A stretch of 63,458 nt of DNA, the filler included, from Octopus bimaculoides (Eukaryota), in assembly GCF_001194135.2 (NCBI RefSeq). It is 8 parts of 7 records of this genome, joined end to end, with 100 filler letters (N's around TTAATTAATTAA, not from the genome) between each part and the next. Parts side by side here need not be neighbours in the genome. Positions count along the whole stretch, not along the records: positions 12,540 to 30,519 come from NC_068982.1; 7 more parts are not named here. One strand, 5' to 3'. Of the stretch, positions 12,876 to 25,410 are shown piece by piece. Under the pieces are notes generated by a model, which saw only the letters and a program-made list of their open reading frames with translations, was not told the origin of the DNA and did not search any database. Positions within the stretch are counted from its first letter, which is position 1; each line of letters opens with the position of its first letter. Position numbers and translations under genes: made by a program.

Positions 12876-13086
12876 CTAGAGGTAAGACAGAAATTTTTAA
12901 AGCTCTTCGCTGCCCGCATACATCTTTGCCAGTATATATTTTCAGTGAAGCTTCACATAGCGTCGTGTAGTTATCGACTGCTATTTCCAGCAAACATTGG
13001 TGCCTTGTTGTACCACTATTTCTTATTTATAATTCTTCCTTTATGGTACTTTATTTGGTTGGAAAGTGATACCTTTGTTGTTGCAA

Positions 13087-13144
<58 letters not shown>

Positions 13145-13304
13145 TCAGACACACACGTCCGTATCCGAGGTTTTTTTGATGAACTGAATTACTTGCTCCT
13201 GAGTTAAAGTTTGATTAGTTTAGAATTCCATAGACAAGTATGGCCTGCCTTAACGTAATTCTTATGCGGAATCAGCGTGACACAAGGGCGAGGTTGTTCT
13301 TTCG

Positions 13305-13670
13305 AATTACAAATTCAATCTACCCAGCGGATTTCTGTACACTTTCCGTCTACTCAGTTTCACTCACAAGATATGGGCCCAATCCAGGCCAAAAAATCTT
13401 ACATTCGCCCAACATATCACGCAGTAGAATCGAACCCGGAACCCCGTTATTTGGAAGTGAACTTTCTAATCATTCGGACACATACACACACATTGATACA
13501 TGCGCGATCATGTGCACGCGACGAGGTTCTACATAGTTTCCATTTACCAAATGTTTGTTCACAAGATATTAGACAACCACAGAAGGTTCTTTCTCAGAGT
13601 GCCTTACAGTAGGATAGAATCAAGAACCACGCGGATGGAAAGCGGATTTCTTAACCACACAGCCATGCCT
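13305..13670 (-). mobile_element. Two tandem decayed SINE family B heads
   Basis: Two successive 'tttcc(g/a)t.ta..a....tcacaag...gaa.c..gaacc...' blocks, ending 'aaccacacagccatgcct'. Confidence 0.55.
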
Positions 13671-15499
13671 ACACTTCTTAGCTAAATTCGTGGCAGCTCC
13701 TATTATGAAACTCCTCAACTGCATGTGTAATTTTTCAATGTCTTTACATAAATCTAGTAAAAGGTACCGTGGGGTGAGTGATAAAATCAGTAGAGTGACA
13801 GACAAAATTACTTGTAGTATTTAGTTACATTTAATTACCTTCTTTGCATTTTATCCTTTCTCTTTATCTCTTACTCTCTCAGAATTAATAAAAGTAGTAC
13901 CAGTCAAATTGAATATGTTCTTTTCGAAATTATGTGGTTTTCTTTAACTATTTGAGAACTCAATAAATTTAGTGAAAATATTCGATTTACTTCTGATAAG
14001 GCTAGAGAAAATGAAGACGAAGTGGTAATAAATGCCAATGTAATTTTATATTTAAGTAACAAATGTTTTAAATCATTGTAAATCTTACATTCTGCTCTTA
14101 CAAAATTACCATCAATGTGTTTTGTATTAATTTCTTTAAGAAATTTCTTTAAGAAATTAATAGAGAGAGAGAGTAACATGATAATATTTTCGTGGTAAAG
14201 GGAATGAAACAAATATGGGATAAAGACGAAACAGAACAATAGTCATACATAAGTCCCCTCTTTCTATCTCTCATATATGTATATGTGTGTGAGTGTGTGG
14301 AGATGGAGAGAGAGCGAGATGTTTATGTGCATACTAATCTGATTAAATATCTAGTTATTTAAAGTACATGGGGAATGCATTTTAAAAACAAAGATCTACC
14401 AAAAGTGCTCAACAAACTAGTTTTACATATATATATATTAATAATCGAAAACACGCGCGTCTTTATCTCAGAATTTGCTTCGTCTACTGAAAATGGAAAG
14501 ATAGATAGAAAGATTGAATTTACTCGAACTGTAAGAACGTTCTCTGAAACTAAGCCATAAGCTGATAGGTATCAACATTCGATTAAAAGTCACAGAATTC
14601 AAAGTTCTCATGTTGAGGGCGTCAACGAGTGTGGCTTCCATCTATCTGTTACTCGCTTTTTGTGTGTGTAAGTTATATTGAAAGGAGAAAGAGACGGACA
14701 GATGGACGTGATAGGTTACGACAGGTAGGTAAAAATTTGAAAAGCTATAGATAGAATGCAAACCCACAAAAAGAAAGAAAATATAAGTTGTGCACAATGA
14801 GGAGTACGCCGAAGAAGAAAAGTAATGGAAAAGTTGACTGACGTTTCAGGTGAACACTTAATCAAAGAAAAGGCGTGAGAAAGAAAATAGGAATAGAAGT
14901 GATACCTATTTGAAGCATGTGTGTACTACCGATCTGTCTAGAAATATATTTGTATTTCTTTGCCTTGGACCTTCAATCCTTGATGAATTCATAGAACTGC
15001 CTTCGTAACATACGGTGTACCATGAGAATTTTAAACTGTCGGAACCCATTCTTCTCTACGATATAATGTTTTATCTCTTTTTCTATATGTTGCTGCATGT
15101 AAAAAAAACAAATAAAAACACAGGAAGCAACCATTCAAAATAATACACAAGCATAGATAAATATCAAGCTACATTCGCTAGATATTTATCTCTGCTGTTC
15201 TGTATGAAAAAATCGGAGAGGTGCAGATCAAAGGATGAATGAGTCCGATAAATAGCACGCCGACATACATATAGACAAACAGTAAGCAGAAGATATTTAG
15301 CACGTTACATAATTACCTAGATGTCTAATTATCTATAAAATAAAATAAAACTAAATATCTCTGAATGAAGGCGATACTATAGAAAATAGGAAAATACAAT
15401 AACCGGCAAATGGTAAAGATGAAATCTAACAGTTCATTGTTCATAGACGCTGGTTGGCCACGAATGTAATACTGCTTGTTGTATTCTGTCAGTCGTAAT

Positions 15500-15640
15500 G
15501 CTGATTTTCACTAGCTGAGCGAAATGGAGTAACAGAAATTAAAGTACTTTACTCAAGGGCACACAAACTTCCCGGACCGAGAACCGAACCCACGAACTAA
15601 TGATCGGGAGCCCAATTGCATAACCACAAGGTCACGTGTC
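15500..15640 (-). mobile_element. Decayed tRNA-headed SINE
   Basis: The minus strand shows A/B-box-like 'tgtggttatg...gggttcggttctc' followed by 'cccttgagtaaagtactt'; related to the element at 60187. Confidence 0.45.
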
Positions 15641-16854
15641 TGATTACTTAAAGTTAACATACAGACAAATAATTAAGTAGACATAAAAGCATAAATATTA
15701 GCATGTTAACTAGTTACTTATGTGCATTTTTCTTCTTATATAACTTGATATTCAGCTTGCTTAAAAATCTGTCTGAAAAGAAACAAGAAAATACTGGAGG
15801 AGAGAAACCGACAAACTTAAATCAAAATTACACAAGCTAGATAACTTGACAGATATCTAAGTAAGTAGCTGCCTCCTTGAATCGTGAACTGTCTAAATGA
15901 TTGGAAACGGACAAAATTGAGAAGTTAAATAATGGAAAGGAAACTGGGACCAATACTTCAGACAAAGAAAACAACATGAAATTAAAGAGAGAAATCGAGT
16001 GTTGCGATAAGGTTTGGGTTAGTTTTTTTTTTTCTAGTTCATTTAGCTTATTTTAACAATTATCACTAAGATCATACTGGAGCAAATTTTTTAGAGTCGA
16101 GTATTTTATTACTTTTGTATCTCTGAATACTTTATTTGCATGTGGGTTTGTCTTGACAACAGCTTCTCTGATTGGATGGTCAACAAATTGGCGAATGCTG
16201 CTTTGCTTTGCTCTGGCAGTAGCCTTTTACAGATGCCTGATGTGGAATGCTTGAAAGAAATGCATCTGTGCTCGTTTTAAATGTCTCGGGCAAACTTTCA
16301 TTAAGTTTTGTGAATATTTTGAAAGTCAGTTCTATAATTGCTGCCTTTTAAATACCAATACTAATGACAAGAGTGAAACTGATGCTGTTTGTCTTCCAAA
16401 AACATTAGCATTCACCTCTTCTAACAGAACATAAGCTCGTTCAATTTTGCAGTACAAAAAGCAAAGAAAACAATAAAAAATCATCAAATAAACGAGGAGA
16501 CTGTTGTTTACTTAAACGATCTTGCAACCTCTATCATTTACGACCTTATATAGTTTTGTAGAACATCAAGTGAAATTGATATGTTCAACTTGTAGTTTTC
16601 TTCATACAGTCTATAACTACTGGTATGTTTTCTAAAATAATTTAACTTAAAGAATGAAATAAGACAATAATAGTATTGTAGATGTAAAATTAATATTAGC
16701 ATGATGCACATACAATTTACCTGTCTTATGATTCGATTCTACTTCATAAGTTTTTACTAATTTTTGGCAATGTTTGGTGCCATTCTTTCTTCCTCGTGAA
16801 TTTTGGTTTGTAATTTACAACGGAAAATCCAGTTAATGTAAAAGATTGAATTAA

Positions 16855-17030
16855 GGCTGTGAGCTGGCAGAACCGTTAGCACGCCGAGCAAAATACTTAG
16901 CGGCATTTCGTCTGTCTTTACGCTCCGAGTGCAAATTTCGCCGAGGTCGATTTTTCTTTTCATCCTTTCGGGGAATAAGTATCAGTTGAACGATGGGATC
17001 GAAATTTCTGGCCTTGTGTCAAAATTTGAA
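16855..17030 (+). mobile_element. SINE family A, decayed
   Basis: 'gagctggcagaaccgttagcacgccgagcaaaatacttagcggcatttcg...ccgaggtcga'. Confidence 0.75.
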
Positions 17031-17612
17031 ACCGATATAAAAGATTAAATTCTATGAATTTTTCGATGATGAGGAAACGTCTACTAAACATTTATCGAAA
17101 CCATCTATTTTAAAAGTAATTAAACTTAACTTACTCTTCATTTATATATTCTTTTATTCCATGCTTATAAGACTTATACCTGATTTGACATGCATAGTTT
17201 TATTAAAATTTTCAAACCTGTTATTTAGGAGAAGAGCATCAAGGACGCTAATTCTTCTTCATGTACTATCTGGATGTGTGACGAGCCAACAAATGAGCCC
17301 ATTCAGAGTTACGTGATAAAAGAGAAACAGCAGCCAAATTACTTTCAAATTACATTCTGTCATCATAAAAAAAGTCTAAGGCAATTTAGATTTTGTAGTA
17401 CTCGGTATGTGCAATGTCATGATTAGAATGCCTAAAAGGGCCATCCAATAGAAGTTCACCTGGGGTAGATAACAACACCAGGGTTTGTATAATGAGGTGA
17501 ACTGAAACACATCAAATACTTTATAGAAATTTGTGACAACTTGTAGGACTTAATTTCAAGTGTTGTACCACAGAAACAGTTTTCGTCTTTGTGTGCCACA
17601 ATCTCTTCACCT

Positions 17613-17793
17613 GGAATTTCAACCATGTTTCGTGGTCTGCTACCACAACAGCTCCTTTATAGGATCCAGTTAGCTCAAGACATCATCAGGAGGAACCACG
17701 TCCGGTTTCGGCCCCTACTCCTCTACCGTTTTGACGTGGCGGAGCCCCCCCTTTCGGAGGTGTCTTCTTTCTTCTATTCCCTGGCCTCTTCGA
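17613..17793 (-). repeat. Young GC-rich interspersed repeat carrying HHR-core-like words (copy 1)
   Basis: About 125 bp match the reverse complement of 50196-50324, with a single mismatch seen by eye. Confidence 0.85.
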
Positions 17794-17899
17794 TGCGCAT
17801 CAACGAGTGTTAGCGTCCGACTGAATGTCTTGTCAAATTCCCCTTTTTTATACCTGCTGCTAGGCTCCAGCAGGCTGCCCCAACAAGTTGTCACGTGAC

Positions 17900-18200
17900 A
17901 CTGTCGAAATTTCCTGCTGTTCTTTAATTTTCTCAATTTCATTGATACCCACTCTATCATCATATGGTATTGAAAAGTTTTTGGTCTTAAACACATCTTT
18001 TTTTTTTCTGACCACAGCGGATATATCTGGTTTCCTTGCTTCGATAGTATGATTGACGTCTACAGAATAAAATCTTGTAATTACCATCCGTTATGACAGC
18101 CTCTTGACCGTGTTAATACCACTTTCCTGCCACTTCAAATCCACAAGTTTTGTTAACAGCGCACTGTATGTTGTACCAAAGCATTTAGGACTGCATTTAT
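17900..18200 (-). mobile_element. R4/Dong-like RLE endonuclease fragment
   Basis: DVNHTIEARKPDISAVVRKK...IPYDDRVGINEIEKI contains the RLE 'RKPD...D...EK' catalytic region. Confidence 0.75.
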
Positions 18201-18384
18201 ATTCTTTTTGTGCTAGCTTACCGCTTTCACTTACAAGCTGGTTTATACTTCGTTCTATTTGTAACACATTATTCTTTTATACGTTTCAGCCCTAAGACTG
18301 TGGCCATGCTGGAGCACCGCCATGATTATTATTATTATTATCATTATTATTATTGTTGTTATTAAAAGCGGAAGCTTCTTGAAA

Positions 18385-18640
18385 CGTTACTGTTACACTT
18401 TACTAATTGTTCAAGCGAAAGATGAAGGGAAACAGCAGAGCAGTATACAAGAAAACATTCGTAAAAATAATTATTCACCGAAATTTGAGTGGTTGCCAAA
18501 ATGTGTAAGAAACTGATTCAGGCACTCATCTTTTCAGCTGTCACATACCAATCATGTTATATTCATCTATTTACTTGCTGTTATTTATCAGTTCCCAGTC
18601 TGCATTAACGATAGTAGCCTTCCTGGCTTTTACATTTAAG
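18385..18640 (+). pseudogene. Possible decayed cadherin/protocadherin extracellular repeat
   Basis: Frame 18361 reads YTLLIVQAKDEGKQQSS...NIRKNNYSPKFE...*...FQLSHTN...VIYQF...FYI*, resembling Y.L.V.A.D.G...SS...D.NDN.P.F...QLSATD. Contains in-frame stops. Confidence 0.4.
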
Positions 18641-19439
18641 ACACAAAAGATATGAAAATATTACGTTTTTGCACGTTAATATATCACGTGGGTAAAATAA
18701 TAGATGAATACGTAAAACATTTTCTACGAATTAAATCTCAGTGTTTAATTATATTTCCATGTGTTTACGAACATTATTGCTCATATATTGTCACGCTGCT
18801 TCCTTTTTTAATCATTTGAATACTTTTTTTACGAGAAACTCCAAGAGCCGATACAGGAATCTTCTCTTTCTAATGAAATACTTTATGCATTGACTAGCTT
18901 GGTCACCATTTTCTCCTCTTTCTCTCCCTCTGTATCTATTTTTCTCTCTTATATGTGCTCTTAATCTAATCAGTCTAAGTCCTAATCTATATAATTTCAT
19001 ATATAATGTACTTCTTTTCAAATGTTGTTGTTCTGTGCGTTAAGAAATTTTACGATCCTGAAAATCTTGCCGTGGTGCAATTTCTACGCTGATTACTATG
19101 TTATATATTAAGAAATATTCCGATATAGAAAAAATAATGCAATCACTTTTTTCACGGAAACAAAAGTGAGCGTTTAAACAAGCACTCTAAGTATACATAA
19201 AAAATAATATTCCAGAAATACGCAGGAATGGACAAGAGTGCAGTAATATTATAGTCTAATATTTACATTACAAGATGATGCTTGCTACTGGAAATAAAAG
19301 GGAGTAGATCATCATAATCAGAAAACTGCTTCAGTGGTCAAACTGAGCTCCATATCTATTTGTCTTGTAATGTTTTTTACGTGCACAATTAGGATCATCA
19401 ACAACTAGTCACAGACCTTTCTTTAGTCAACTCTTTAAG

Positions 19440-20280
19440 TATATTTTGTTGCATTAAATTAAAGTGTGAAAAGCTCCTCTATTCTCTTCTTGCTCTGAAG
19501 CTTGCTCTTGTTCCAAAAGCATCAGCTTTTCATTAAATAAAATTTCCGTATGGGATTCTAGCAACTACATCCTTTACGACCTATTCAAATCTTACATTCT
19601 TTACTAGTGCCCGAATACCTTGAACATATTAACTTGCTGATAGCATAAAAATTGATAAAGTCATGGATACAGTGTGCTCATATGCTTTCCAAAACACCGT
19701 TCATGATTGAAGATTCTATATCATCTCACGATTCGGTTATGTTACTCACAGCATTTATAATGCTGAACGTTTTCATTAGTCTCTCATGCTCCCGTTCAAT
19801 TTTTTTTAATAAATTGCTTCAAGGCTCTTAGAAAGTATTCCTTTAAGTTAGCTATCACACCTTGATCTTTTAACTGAAGCAAAAACGAAGCAGTATTCTT
19901 GTGTATATATATATTCTACTTCTACATTATCCAAAAATTCATTTAAATTCTTTAGGTAGTTTGGTGCATTGTTTAATTTCCATTGTTAGAAATGTCACAC
20001 CAGGCACTGTATTTTTTCTGCAGCAGAAAAAATAAAGCAGTCTGTAAATAAGTCATAATGAAAATTTTCTCGGTGAACGGAACAGATGTTTTAGCATTTG
20101 ATCTAATCTTGTTTTTATTGCCAAGTATTGTGTCCTCAATGGACATTCCGTACTTTAACGCTTTTCCCCCGAATCAAACTTTTAGTAAAACCTCAAATTT
20201 CCTTCCCTTTTGCAGCTCATTTTCACACTGCTGTCTTTATTTCTACCTAATGCCCTTTTTCTAGTCAATTTGAATAAGGC
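19440..20280 (-). mobile_element. Tigger/pogo (DDE_1) DNA transposon fossil
   Basis: Frameshifted LNNAPNY...LDNVEVEY..KNTAS.LLQLKDQGVIANLKEYFLRALKQ matches pogo 'DNAP.H...NT...QP.DQGVI...K.YY'. Confidence 0.75.
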
Positions 20281-23200
20281 AACGATATATATCAAAATCC
20301 AACAGTGACAAAGATAGTCAAGAAAATCTACATCAAATAGTAAACCAGTAGAGTCCGATGAAAGAAGTGACATTTTGCGTCGGCCAAATTATTGAAGTTG
20401 ATATTTTAGATGGAGTGAAGTAGGAATGATAAATGATGAAAGCTGCACCACGTAGGAAGGACTACTGTATGATTGAATTTAGTTATAAGGTCAAGAGCGA
20501 GAATGTTGAGAGAAATGAAAACTCAGGTCTGTTGAATTAGCTTAAGGTGGGGGAGGGAGAGGATACTTCAATGCCTCGAAAAGCAAGTTGTTTGAGAGGG
20601 GTAGGTGCGGGCAGGCGTTGAAAAGAATACTTAAACAATTAAAAATATAAAACGTTTGTTGGAAAATAAAAGCAACAAAGAAATTTAAAGACCTGAATTG
20701 AGGGGCTGTATTCAATAAAAATGTAAAGAGAATGGAACAGAAAAATGAAGAGAGGAATAGTCTGACGGATTAAAGTGTCAAATTAAATATATATAATTAG
20801 AAGAATATTATACATATATGTGGATCGTGATTTAAGATTTTAAGTTGTTAAAATTTACCCGCTTTCCGGAAGAGCAACATGAGGAACCATGTCCAAAATT
20901 AATGGTCTATTTTTTTGCATATTTCTTCAAAATTTCAAAACAATAACTTTTGTAATGCATAACATGTCTTTACTTCATCATATCTCGCATGTTGAAATAT
21001 CTGCCATAGATATGATCAGTATATTTTAAAACTTATATAGTCTCTATAGGATATCAGCTGGACATCGACTATGGCAACACTAAAATTTACAGTTAATCCA
21101 GACATGAATTGATTTAAAAAAAAAAAAAGTCTTTTCGAGCACTTAGCACGAAAAAAAAAATTTTATTGATGATATATTTCTTGACAATTCTACTGTGTCT
21201 GCTGTATTTAGAATTACATTGAAAGATATGAGTGTTAACTTCTTTCTTTCTTTCATTTATTTATTTGTGTCTACTTATATAATTTGTTTTCGGTATTTGA
21301 GTTATTCGAAGTGTCTGTTTCTCGTTTAATAGGTGTCTAAATATAATAGATGTTGATGGTAAATAAATCTGAAGAAGAAAACAAATCTCTTGTCAGAACA
21401 GTATACATAGTTAAAAAATTTAGTAGAATAAATATGAAACTTAAAAGTACATAGTGATATCATCAAGCTAATTAAACGTCAGGTTATGAATAATACCTAA
21501 TTATTTTCCAATGATAGATAACGTATGATAGACTCTAAAATAATAGGTTGTATGTATGCTGCTTTAGAGAGTAACAACTGGATCAGTAAGCACACTACAC
21601 TATTTAAACAGTATACTGTACCTTGTAACTTAAGGAAATTAATATAATGTAACATCGCGTTGAATCTCTTAGGAGGAAATTCAATAAGAATGATCATGAA
21701 GCAAATGACTAAATAATAAACTACAACATTTTCATTTTGAGTTATACTAGAAGATAATTCAGTTGTTATTTATCTTTCAATGATAGGAGTAAATGTATTG
21801 TATTGTGATATTACTTTCACTACATATAGACATATACTATTATAACAGTTATGTTACATTATGAGACAACCAAAGTACAAATGAAACTAAAGACAAAGCA
21901 GAACAACAAAAATGTAAACTAAAATAAAGAAAGCTTCTTATTAATTAGTTGGGGTATTTAACTTTTTACTAAGCAAAAGCAATTTCTAAAGTCTACACTG
22001 TCTAGAAATTTCATATATTGTAATAAAATTTTTTTATCAAAATGTGGTTTTGAGACATCTTTTATTATTGAAGATTCCGACTGCAGAAAACTAAACTACT
22101 TTTCATTCACAGCGAAATTTCGTTCCTTCCTACTTCTCACTCTCTCTCTTATACTCTTTGACGTTACTTTCAACAAACATATCAGTAAAAATATTTGTCC
22201 AAATTATAAGTTTAATGCAGTTTCAGCCAAATTATGTTGAATCCAGTATTATTTCATATTTTTAGGGTGTTGTTGAAGAAGTAGAAAGCTTCCGTTAGTC
22301 AATTCTTAGGCTGAGATCACTGTTCATGTTATTCTAGTTCAGTTGATGGACGGGTATAAAAATAACATTTCCGCATCTCTGTACATCTGTAATTGTATGT
22401 TTATAAAGGTTATTAAATGTACAAACTTATAAAATCGACGATAAAGTAATGCACAGCAAACAATAAATTAGGCAGTCACATATGTTCGAACCTACAGTAA
22501 GATTTTTGGAAATGTTTTTTTTTTAATACATATGAGGTGTGCATTCCAGTTCACAGACATGCAAAGTTACGAAACCAACTGACATGTGTATATACGATAA
22601 ATTAAAAACTTTTACGTGGCTAGGTTAAATCAACATAAAACCCGATTTCTTCATAAATTCTATCTTTGAGTGCTTGCTTTTATTTCGAATTTATTTATTG
22701 AGTGACTACTACTGGACGAATAAAGATACAAAGAAATTAGGCTCATCATATAAAAAAAATGATTCAAATGGAGAATCGAATGTGTAAAAATTATATAGCA
22801 AACAAGAAAAACAAAACAAAAAAAAAGAAGAAAAACGCACGGAGGGCGGTTTCTGCAAGTAATAACAATTTTCTCAAAGATACAGGTAATAAAAGATGCT
22901 ATTTTTTCATTAAACATTAACAGCTTAAAACAAGGGTAAAACCTTAAAAATGAGTTTATTATCAGTTAAATGCATTCAGTTTCATTTCTAACAGTTCTTA
23001 AATGTGTGACTGACTTTAATTTCAAGTGTTTAAGTTAATACTTGTTCTCACAGTGAGTAACTATTTATTACCAAATAATATCTCTTTCATAATCTTTCTG
23101 AGCACTGTGAAATAAATTTTTCAGGCTCTTGCTTTCATCGTGTAGTTAAAAAATTCATTTTTTACAAACTGAATGTATTTAGTAAGAAATTAGAGAAAAG

Positions 23201-23707
23201 ATTTAATTACTGCTACATAACATATAATCCGTATTTATATTTCAATCTTAATATTTAAATCAATTTGAACAAATTTATATAAGATGAAAAGCAAAACTGG
23301 GCTGAATTTTCATTTTACTGACTCAGAAACTGATATTAACTGAATTTTAAGATATTATTTTGGACAATTTTCTTATAAATTACCAACTTCAAATCTATTC
23401 TTCATTAAAAAGTTCTACAAAACTATTAATTCATGAAACACTTAAGAATCGAGTTTCTTTATGGCATGAAAATAAGTAGATAGTATGAATCTAGGACACT
23501 TAAAAGACTTAACTCTAAGTTTTTATTCTTTGAAATTCGGATTAATTTCAACTTTGGCATCCAGATTTATATTTGTAATATATTTGTTTTGCTTGCGTAT
23601 AACTTTGTGCAAATAATAACGACCAGTTTCCCCACTTAGTCATTTCAAGAGTCTTCTCTAAAATGTCAAAACATTTTGAATAAAATCAATATTTTTGTTT
23701 TGTTTAA

Positions 23708-23912
23708 GGCGGCGAGATGGCAGAGTCGTTTGCACGCCGGGCAAAAATTGCTTAGCGGCACTTTGTCCGTCTTTACGTTCTGTGTTCAGATTCCACCGGG
23801 GTCGACTTCGCCTTTCACCTTTTTGTGGTCGATAAAATAAGCACCGGTTATGTGAGTCAATGTAATCGACTTACCCCTTCCCTCAAAATTTCAGGCTTTG
23901 TGCGTACAGTAG
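23708..23912 (+). mobile_element. SINE family A, decayed
   Basis: 'ggcggcgagatggcagagtcgtttgcacgccgggc...ggggtcgacttcgcctttca'. Confidence 0.75.
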
Positions 23913-23995
23913 ATAGTTTTTTCGTAAAGAATCATTGTTGGACGAAGAGGTGAGACTTGGTTACAGTGCACTTAAAGTTATGCTTGTTTATTGAC

Positions 23996-24408
23996 GCAGG
24001 AGTGGCTGTGTGGTAAGTAGCTTGCTTACCAACTACATGGTTCCGGGTTCAGTCCCACTGCGTGACACCTTCGACAAGTGTTTTCTACTATAGCCTCGGG
24101 CCGACCAAAGCCTTGTGAGTGGATTTGGTAGACGGAAACTGAAAGAAGCCCGTGGTATATATATGTATATGTATGTGTGTATGTGTGTGTGTGTGTTTGT
24201 GTGTCTGTGTTTGTCCGCCCAACATCGCTTGACAACCGATGCTGGTGTGTTTACGCCCCGTAACTTAGCAGTTCGACAAAAGAAACCGATAGAATAAGTA
24301 CTAGGCTTACAAAGAGTAAGTCCTGGAGTCGATTTGCTCGACTGAAGGCGGTACTCCAGTATGGCCGCAGTCAAATGACTGAAACAAGTAAAAGAGTAAA
24401 AGAATAGC
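23996..24408 (+). mobile_element. SINE family B, full length
   Basis: tRNA-like head with 'ggttcagtccc' B-box, central (TG) microsatellite, tail 'ggcggtactccagtatggccgcagtc...aaagagtaaaag'. Confidence 0.85.
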
Positions 24409-24695
24409 GCAATATTTACTATGAATGATTATGAATAACAACGAAAGATACGGTTTTCATTATTATTTTCAGATAAAAGAATCCAGACGTGTCACACAGC
24501 GAAATTAAGATATAGTTTCTACACATAAACATTTGTTTCATGTTAATTAACTCCTAGTAATCATTAATGTTTTGCTATTTGTGAACACAGTAGGATGCTG
24601 TTCAGATTTTAAATATCCGCAACACATTACTACAGTGAAATTGCTTTTAAAAGTATAAAACAATTATAGTACACACATGCATATAGGTGCGTGTG

Positions 24696-24737
<42 letters not shown>

Positions 24738-24738
<1 letters not shown>

Positions 24739-24855
24739 TTATACGAGAATGTTGTTGACAGTATCTTCGAAGTTCCGGCTGGCTGGGTCATCATTCCGAC
24801 GATGGCTTGACTGGTCGAAACTTCGAAGTCACTGTCAACAACATTCTTGTATAAG
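24738..24855 (+). repeat. 118-nt inverted repeat/hairpin (55-nt arms, 8-nt loop) containing an HHR-like unit
   Basis: Manual pairing gives 43 Watson-Crick pairs, 8 G-U pairs and 4 mismatches across 55 positions. Confidence 0.9.
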
Positions 24856-24919
24856 AATAATAAATTTGTACTCTACAAAAGTATAGACTAAACTATCAGA
24901 TTAATGTAAAATTGTTTTT

Positions 24920-25267
24920 ATTATAACTGAACATTGGACAATAGCCATCCTGGGGCACCGGTTAGAACGGTTTTTGTCGAACAATTCGACCCCAGTAGTT
25001 ACTTTTTTAAACCTGATAATTATATCGTTTTCCTTTTGCCGAACCGTTAAGTTACGGGGACATAAACTAACACCGGTTGTCAAGTGGTGGTTACACACAC
25101 ACACAACAATATATATAACAAAACTGTCCGATGAACGGGAAGGTGAAATTCTGAGTAACAGCTTTTTGTTATATTTCTGCTGCTTTTAAATAAAGCATAT
25201 TACTCTACCTCTGGTATTTGAGTACTCTTTTTTCCACCTTGTTGCACATTTCATGTGCTTACTCCGG

Positions 25268-25314
<47 letters not shown>

Positions 25315-25410
25315 TGGGTTTCTTTCAGTTACCGTCTATCAAATCAACTAACAAGGGTTTGGTCGGCCCGTGGCTGAGGAGAAAACTTCTTATCACACAG
25401 CCACACCTGC
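24920..25410 (-). mobile_element. SINE family B, decayed/interrupted
   Basis: Tail block 24920-25100 and head block 25310-25410 match family B. Confidence 0.65.

Noticed and set aside
16100-16450. Possible hAT transposase remnant
   Set aside because: No convincing motif could be aligned by eye.
21497-21740. Minus-strand frame loosely like GPCR TM6-TM7 (..ICFMIILIEFP..CLNSVVCLLIQLLLSK)
   Set aside because: No conserved NPxxY or other helices were found; hydrophobic frames arise easily in T-rich DNA.
23230-23430. Second cadherin-like remnant (TDSETDIN...SYKL..LFFI)
   Set aside because: It needs several frameshifts and substitutions to fit, so it is likely overfitting.
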